Shown here one piece after another: positions 58,783 to 64,000 of a stretch of 64,000 bases of DNA; the first letter of the stretch is position 1; each line of letters begins with the position of its first letter. A program made the position numbers and the translations under genes. This DNA comes from a virus, in the IMG/VR virus record IMGVR_UViG_3300010412_000002, positions 1 to 64,000 of that record, one strand, 5' to 3'. Under the pieces are notes generated by a model. The model saw only the letters and a list, made by a program, of their open reading frames with translations, did not search any database and was not told where the DNA came from.

Positions 58783-59517
58783 ATGGAAACTCATCTTAAA
58801 AGAAACGATATGCCTACTAGGGCACAAAGATTCGATGTAACCGTTCCGGCAGATATTTGGATTCCTAACCAGGATGAGTTCATTACTCCACCTTCTAGAA
58901 AGAATGTGGGATTTGGCGGATTTATTTCTACCTCTCGTAAAGGTACTAAATTCTCTCTAAAGGAATTTGTCGCTAGTGTAGCCAATGCAACTATTAGCGC
59001 TGTTAACGGTCTTACGGAATCTTTAGGAACAGTAAAACTAGGCGGTTCTCTTACCGAGAATACTACTATTACTGGTACTACGTATGACCTTGCAGTTACT
59101 ACTTCGACTGGGGATATAACTTTCACGACTACAAATTCTGCAGGAAGTATTGATCTTACTTCTGCTGGGGCTATTGATATTACTAGCAGCCAATCACTAT
59201 TTGTAACTGCTCCAAGTAATCAAGCGACATTTGGAGGTCACACTACTTTTATTTCAACATCTTCTCCTACTGGTCTAGACATTAATGTAACCGCAAATGA
59301 CGGGGTACTCATTAGAGCTGAAGGAGTTGTAGGAAGTAATACAAATGTTGATATTGAATCTGCTGTAGGTGATATTACTCTCACTGCAGCTGGTAATATT
59401 AATATGGCTCTTGCTTGTATACCAACATATGCAGATGATACTGCGGCAGGTGTAGGTGGACTTACTGCAGGAGAACTATATAAAACTGCCACTGGCTCTC
59501 TTCAAATTAAACTCTAA
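58783..59517 (+). CDS. virion fibre/decoration protein B (paralog of A)
   Basis: Same C-terminal IPTYADDTAAGVGGLTAG module. Confidence 0.6.
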   Translation: METHLKRNDMPTRAQRFDVTVPADIWIPNQDEFITPPSRKNVGFGGFISTSRKGTKFSLKEFVASVANATISAVNGLTESLGTVKLGGSLTENTTITGTTYDLAVTTSTGDITFTTTNSAGSIDLTSAGAIDITSSQSLFVTAPSNQATFGGHTTFISTSSPTGLDINVTANDGVLIRAEGVVGSNTNVDIESAVGDITLTAAGNINMALACIPTYADDTAAGVGGLTAGELYKTATGSLQIKL

Positions 59518-59519
59518 TC

Positions 59520-60014
59520 ATGACTTTAACTGTAAACTCCGATTGTACATCCTTACAGATAGTTTCTACTTTGATAGATGATTATATTGCTACACCTACT
59601 GTAGATTTAACATTATCCTTTGAAGACTGTGAAGGTACTACATACGAATATGATATTGTGGAGGGGACTGATGTTACTGCAGGTACTCCCAATTTTGCAA
59701 CTATTACTCCTGCTCAGATTATTTCTGCTACCGCCACAGAGTTTCCTGACGGAGTTTATCAGGTAACACTTACTGCGGATGATAGCGGCACAATTACTAC
59801 TGAAGTACAATGCATGTTAGTAGATTGTGACTTGGAATGTAGAGTATTCGATTTTCAAGCAGAGAATCTTACTTCTAGGGTTTCGCAGTATTACGAAGCA
59901 CTTAAATTAGGAGAAACGTGTGATAACTGCTCCTGCACTGGGATGTGCTCTCTTTACAATAAAATACTTGATCTTTTAGCAAACAACACAGAAAATGATT
60001 GTGGATGTCAGTAA
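59520..60014 (+). CDS. virion protein, Cys-rich
   Basis: FPDGVYQV..., ends in CGCQ; structural cluster. Confidence 0.5.
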   Translation: MTLTVNSDCTSLQIVSTLIDDYIATPTVDLTLSFEDCEGTTYEYDIVEGTDVTAGTPNFATITPAQIISATATEFPDGVYQVTLTADDSGTITTEVQCMLVDCDLECRVFDFQAENLTSRVSQYYEALKLGETCDNCSCTGMCSLYNKILDLLANNTENDCGCQ

Positions 60015-60354
60015 TCTAGATTTAGCTGCACTAAGGTGCTATGCATTCTTCAATGCTTCTCAAATTGCATTAGCAGAGGAGTATGGTATTGAATGTAATA
60101 CAGAGTATTACGAAACTCAGATGCATAAGGCCTTAGCATACTTGTTTTTAGCAGAGAATTGTGCGGCTAATCTCACTGACGAGATCTTCTGTGCAATTCA
60201 AGAATTTATTGATGATGCATTATTTAGTGCATTATATGTTCGAAGAAACAGTGAAGATTGCGCTGAAGGAGCTTCTGATCCAGTTTGTATTTTAACAATC
60301 ACCGATAATGTAACTTCTTGTACTGGAGGATTATCAATAAACATATTGCAATGA
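59995..60354 (+). CDS. virion protein, Cys-rich
   Basis: Structural cluster; acidic. Confidence 0.45.
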   Translation: MIVDVSNLDLAALRCYAFFNASQIALAEEYGIECNTEYYETQMHKALAYLFLAENCAANLTDEIFCAIQEFIDDALFSALYVRRNSEDCAEGASDPVCILTITDNVTSCTGGLSINILQ

Positions 60355-61898
60355 TAACGATAACAAAACATATTACATTAAATCCTGGTGTAGGTGAGAC
60401 TGGCCCTTATAATTATACTTGGGGCGTTACCTCATCTTCTTCTGGATGTGTTACGTTTTCTCCATCTACCACTGGAACTATTGCAAATCCTTCGTCTGGA
60501 TCAATTATTACTGATATTAATTTTCTTAATGGTACATGTATTGATGACAGTACTATTACTTTAACTATTAGTTATAATGGAGGTACTTGTAGTAAAGTAT
60601 TTCCTATTACTATTGCAGATCCTTGCGATGATTTAGATGTAGCAATTAGTGCTACTACAACAGATGCTTACCTATTTACTGCGGTAGCCTCTGGTGGGGA
60701 AGGCCCTTATACGTATACGTGGGGCTGGGATGAAGACCTATTTACCCCTGCAGGAAGTTCTGGGAACTCACAAGTTCTTAAACTGACATACATCGGAGGA
60801 TCAGTGCCTCCTGCACAATCAACTGTTTTCTTAACTGTTGCAGATCAAAATGGATGTAGCTTTACTACATCTCAAGATTTTGCAACTTGCTCTCTTTCTT
60901 TTGATCCAGTGAGCGTTATTCTAGAATGTCAACCTGACGGATCTCGTTCCGCAGTGGTATGTTTAGACCCACTAGGATGTGCTACATCCTTAGTAGATTG
61001 GACTACATTCCAAAGTAACAGCGCACTAATGGATGTGACTTTACTTCCGCCAACTCTATTTGGACAAAATTTTGCTTGTTATGTAAATGGAGGAAGACGG
61101 GCGCGTATTACAATGGATGCTGATACTAATCCTGGCAACAGTGGTTACAACACGTTCTACTGTTACGTACAAACTACAACAGGAGTAACTGCAAGTATTC
61201 AAGTTACGGCTACTTATCCAAGTTGTACTATTCCGCCTGTTAATCCTATTAGCATTGCTGCTCAAGCTCCTTTCCAAATTGACTGTAGTTATACGCCTGG
61301 AAGTACGTACGAAATTGGCCCAATTACGGATTTCATCACCACGTATAATGGTGGGCAGATTGACTTTACTTCATTTCAATTTATTCCACTCGATACTGGT
61401 ATTCCGACTGCAGGACCTGTCACGACTACATTAAGTGGTAGCGCAGACTACAACAATGCTACCAAGATGATAGAGTATACAGTACCTGCGGCAACTGGCA
61501 CGGATGCTTTTATGTGGACAATATGCGATACCGCAGGAAACTGCGCAGAATCTCAAATATATGCTATTGTTCTTGATTGCACTCTTAGTCCTACTGCTGT
61601 TAATGATTCCGAATGTGCCGTTTGTGGAGAAGCTATTGAGCACGATGTGTTGTCTAACGATACTGTTAATGGTGTTTTATACAATGTTTCCATTGCTTCT
61701 TCTCCTTCTCATGGCTCTGCTGTTTTTAATGGCGACTTTGGGACTCCTCGTATTATTTACACTCCCAATGCTACTTACAGCGGTAGCGACTCATACGATT
61801 ATACAGTATGGAATGACTCTGGTGAATCGGATACGGCGACTGTTACCGTAAACGTACTTTGTGCTGGAGCTGATTCTGAAATAGCTACTTGCGAATAA
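60351..61898 (+). CDS. Ig-like repeat virion protein
   Basis: ASGGEGPYTYTW (SprB/PKD-like) and PTAVND...DVLSND...PSHG...YTPNATYSGSDSYDYTV (cadherin-like/Big_9) domains. Confidence 0.7.
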   Translation: MITITKHITLNPGVGETGPYNYTWGVTSSSSGCVTFSPSTTGTIANPSSGSIITDINFLNGTCIDDSTITLTISYNGGTCSKVFPITIADPCDDLDVAISATTTDAYLFTAVASGGEGPYTYTWGWDEDLFTPAGSSGNSQVLKLTYIGGSVPPAQSTVFLTVADQNGCSFTTSQDFATCSLSFDPVSVILECQPDGSRSAVVCLDPLGCATSLVDWTTFQSNSALMDVTLLPPTLFGQNFACYVNGGRRARITMDADTNPGNSGYNTFYCYVQTTTGVTASIQVTATYPSCTIPPVNPISIAAQAPFQIDCSYTPGSTYEIGPITDFITTYNGGQIDFTSFQFIPLDTGIPTAGPVTTTLSGSADYNNATKMIEYTVPAATGTDAFMWTICDTAGNCAESQIYAIVLDCTLSPTAVNDSECAVCGEAIEHDVLSNDTVNGVLYNVSIASSPSHGSAVFNGDFGTPRIIYTPNATYSGSDSYDYTVWNDSGESDTATVTVNVLCAGADSEIATCE

Positions 61899-61908
61899 AT
61901 AACTTGAT

Positions 61909-62643
61909 ATGGCAATTATAATCACACCTTACGATATTTTAACAGACAATAACGCGGGTGTTGCGCCAACTACTGGAGGTACGTGGTCATATGTCGGCAC
62001 TGGATCTACTGGTGCCGCACCACTTCCCCCTAATCCACCTGGTTTATACGATGGTACTCTAGATTTTACTGGGGTAACTAATGCTCCGGCAGGTACGTAT
62101 ATTTATCGATATACTGTTACTTCTGGAGGATGTTCCGCTTATGCAGATCTTGACGTTTCTAACTTTGACCACATTATTGTAAAAAATGATGTGTGTGCAT
62201 CTGCAAGAGAAATCGTATTCCCTTATAATGGAGGAACCGCAACTTTGCCCAATCAGTTATTAGGTGAAGCATGCCCTGGCCAAATCCACCCAACTTACTC
62301 AGCAACTGCTACTCCTACTGAATGGGGTAGTGCGACATTTGTAGGAGATTTATGGTATGAATTAAACTATGATGCTACTTATCTGCCTGCTACCGACATT
62401 CCTATTGTAATGTCAATAACTGCGGATGGTATTCCTTACGGAAGTGAAGGAATTGTAGAACCATATTTAGCTGTCTATTCTTCTTGTACACCCGGTCTTG
62501 TAGAAGCAGATGTTCCTATTAGTGGATCACAAAGCATCGATATAATCATATCGGATGTATTTACAAGTAACTTTACATACTACATTAGAGTAGCATGTGT
62601 AGATGGAAATCAAGGAAAATTTAATATTTCTGTAACAACCTAA
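61909..62643 (+). CDS. beta-rich virion protein
   Basis: GGTWS...AGTYIYRYTV; NDVCASA...GDLWY...YYIRV patterns as in Bacteroidota surface proteins. Confidence 0.5.
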   Translation: MAIIITPYDILTDNNAGVAPTTGGTWSYVGTGSTGAAPLPPNPPGLYDGTLDFTGVTNAPAGTYIYRYTVTSGGCSAYADLDVSNFDHIIVKNDVCASAREIVFPYNGGTATLPNQLLGEACPGQIHPTYSATATPTEWGSATFVGDLWYELNYDATYLPATDIPIVMSITADGIPYGSEGIVEPYLAVYSSCTPGLVEADVPISGSQSIDIIISDVFTSNFTYYIRVACVDGNQGKFNISVTT

Positions 62644-62645
62644 TA

Positions 62646-62939
62646 ATGGCTATCATATACACCACCCCTAGTGGTAATGTTCAAACATCTGTAAATACTG
62701 CTAATAGAAGGGATGATGGAACTAGCGGCTCGTCTTCATCAGGAGATAAGCATTATACCCATTATCAAGGTGTAGCATCTACAACATGGAATGTAACCCA
62801 TAATCTAGGGAAATATCCTGCTGTGCAAGTACTAGATTCTGCTAAAAACCTAGTAACTGGAGATGTACAGCATATAGATCTAAATAATACCGTGCTCAGC
62901 TTTGCGTACGCTTTCTCGGGCTCGGCAACTTTTAATTAA
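62646..62939 (+). CDS. small virion protein
   Basis: ASTTWNVTHNLGKYPAVQV...FSGSA pattern common in phage tail accessory proteins. Confidence 0.6.
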   Translation: MAIIYTTPSGNVQTSVNTANRRDDGTSGSSSSGDKHYTHYQGVASTTWNVTHNLGKYPAVQVLDSAKNLVTGDVQHIDLNNTVLSFAYAFSGSATFN

Positions 62940-62944
62940 AATAT

Positions 62945-64000
62945 ATGGCTCACTTATTTCACACTCCAATTGACCTTAATCAATTGGAAGTTTTAAACCC
63001 AACTTTTCAGTTGTTAGGATCGGCCCCGGGTACACCCGTTGAGGGCCAATTCTATTATAATACAACTGATGATGGAGTGTATTTTCGTAACGGGTCAGCT
63101 GCCTGGGAAAAGTTCGTAGGCACAATTAATAACGTTGGTACTATTGCTGGAGCGGTAGACGGAGCCAATGATTATTTTGTAATCTACGATGGTTCTGCAA
63201 GTGCAAACGTAAAAGTAGCAGTAGACACTTTACTGTCTGATGTAGGACCATTTGAGAATGTTCTAACCTTCTCTAACGGCCTAACTCGCACAGTTGATGC
63301 AATTGCACTAGGTGGAACACTTACTGGTAATACAACCATTAACGGAAGTACTAGTTATTACCTGGATGTAACTGGTAGCTCGGGTAGTATTGTTCCATTG
63401 CATGCTACTAACACTTCAACTGGTACAGCATTACTAGCAACAGCTTCTGAATCATCTGCAATTGAATCAGTGATAGAAACTACCAATACTAATTCAGTTT
63501 ACCAGAACATTACTCTTACAAGAACTAGTTCAGGAACTCCTGCAAATGGTATTGGTTCATCAATTCAATTTAATATTGAAACAACTGTTGCTACTCGCGC
63601 TGCAGGTTCTTTTCAAATGCTGTGGACAGATGCTACAGATGCTACTCGTACTTCGGCAATTGATCTTTATACAACTAATTCTGGCTCAACTTCACGTAAA
63701 GTACGTATCGCGGGTTCTGGGCAGCTTACGCTGGACGGCTATGGTACGGGTACTTTTACTGGTACCGATGCATATTGGCTTGCTGTAGATTCCTCAGGTA
63801 ACATTATCGAAGAGGCAGCGCCAGGAGGTGTATCTGATACTTATTCTACTGTAACAGGTGACACTGGAACTGCTTCTGCTACTGGTGCAGAAACTCTTGA
63901 TTTTTCCGGTGGAACTGGTATTAGCACTACTGTAACTGCAGGTTCTCCGGATGATGTAACTATTGCAATTGACGTAAACTCAACTGTAGATTTTTCGGCT
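62945..64000 (+). CDS. tail fibre-like protein (runs off the window)
   Basis: ATG at 62945, MAHLFHTPIDLNQLE...GQFYYNTTD; T/G/S-rich; missing from the ORF track, presumably because it has no stop in the window. Confidence 0.65.
   Translation, partial: MAHLFHTPIDLNQLEVLNPTFQLLGSAPGTPVEGQFYYNTTDDGVYFRNGSAAWEKFVGTINNVGTIAGAVDGANDYFVIYDGSASANVKVAVDTLLSDVGPFENVLTFSNGLTRTVDAIALGGTLTGNTTINGSTSYYLDVTGSSGSIVPLHATNTSTGTALLATASESSAIESVIETTNTNSVYQNITLTRTSSGTPANGIGSSIQFNIETTVATRAAGSFQMLWTDATDATRTSAIDLYTTNSGSTSRKVRIAGSGQLTLDGYGTGTFTGTDAYWLAVDSSGNIIEEAAPGGVSDTYSTVTGDTGTASATGAETLDFSGGTGISTTVTAGSPDDVTIAIDVNSTVDFSA

Noticed and set aside
58600-59517. Diversity-generating retroelement TR/VR pair
   Set aside because: Both copies are coding, differences are mostly synonymous and not adenine-specific, and no reverse transcriptase is in the window.
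1-64000. Stop-codon reassignment (TAG or TGA), known in some crAss-like phages
   Set aside because: Core genes are full length in code 11, TAA, TAG and TGA all end tightly packed genes, and no suppressor tRNA was seen.

Overview
This is 64 kb of a crAss-like (Crassvirales-type) dsDNA podophage, most likely infecting a Bacteroidota host; a consensus TTTG-N20-TAnnTTTG promoter lies at 38517-38548. It uses the standard genetic code and has two divergent arms meeting at about 37.9 kb. The minus-strand arm (1-37.8 kb) carries early and accessory genes: many membrane proteins and lipoproteins, four peptidoglycan hydrolases, a LysM protein, an amidoligase, a MoxR-vWA pair and an AAA ATPase. These lead into a replication module with family A DNA polymerase, DnaB helicase, Sak4-like ATPase, primase, UDG and PD-(D/E)XK nucleases. 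The plus-strand arm (38-64 kb) carries small genes, an IHF-like protein, a GroES-like protein and GroEL, a HAD phosphatase, then terminase, portal, scaffold, major capsid and further virion genes. The most striking unexplained signal is non-coding. First, an ORF-free element of about 825 nt (5160-5986) has five nested end-to-end helices and about ten local hairpins; it is a candidate large ornate ncRNA in the GOLLD/ROOL size class, embedded in the replication operon. Second, a tRNA-Phe(GAA)-like RNA has its D-loop expanded by a structured insertion of about 105 nt (34040-34216). Third, there is a D-armless tRNA-Gly-like element, several other structured intergenic RNAs, and a repeated leader motif in the early region. 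All protein calls come from motifs recognised by eye and all RNA helices were paired by hand; no database search or folding program was run.
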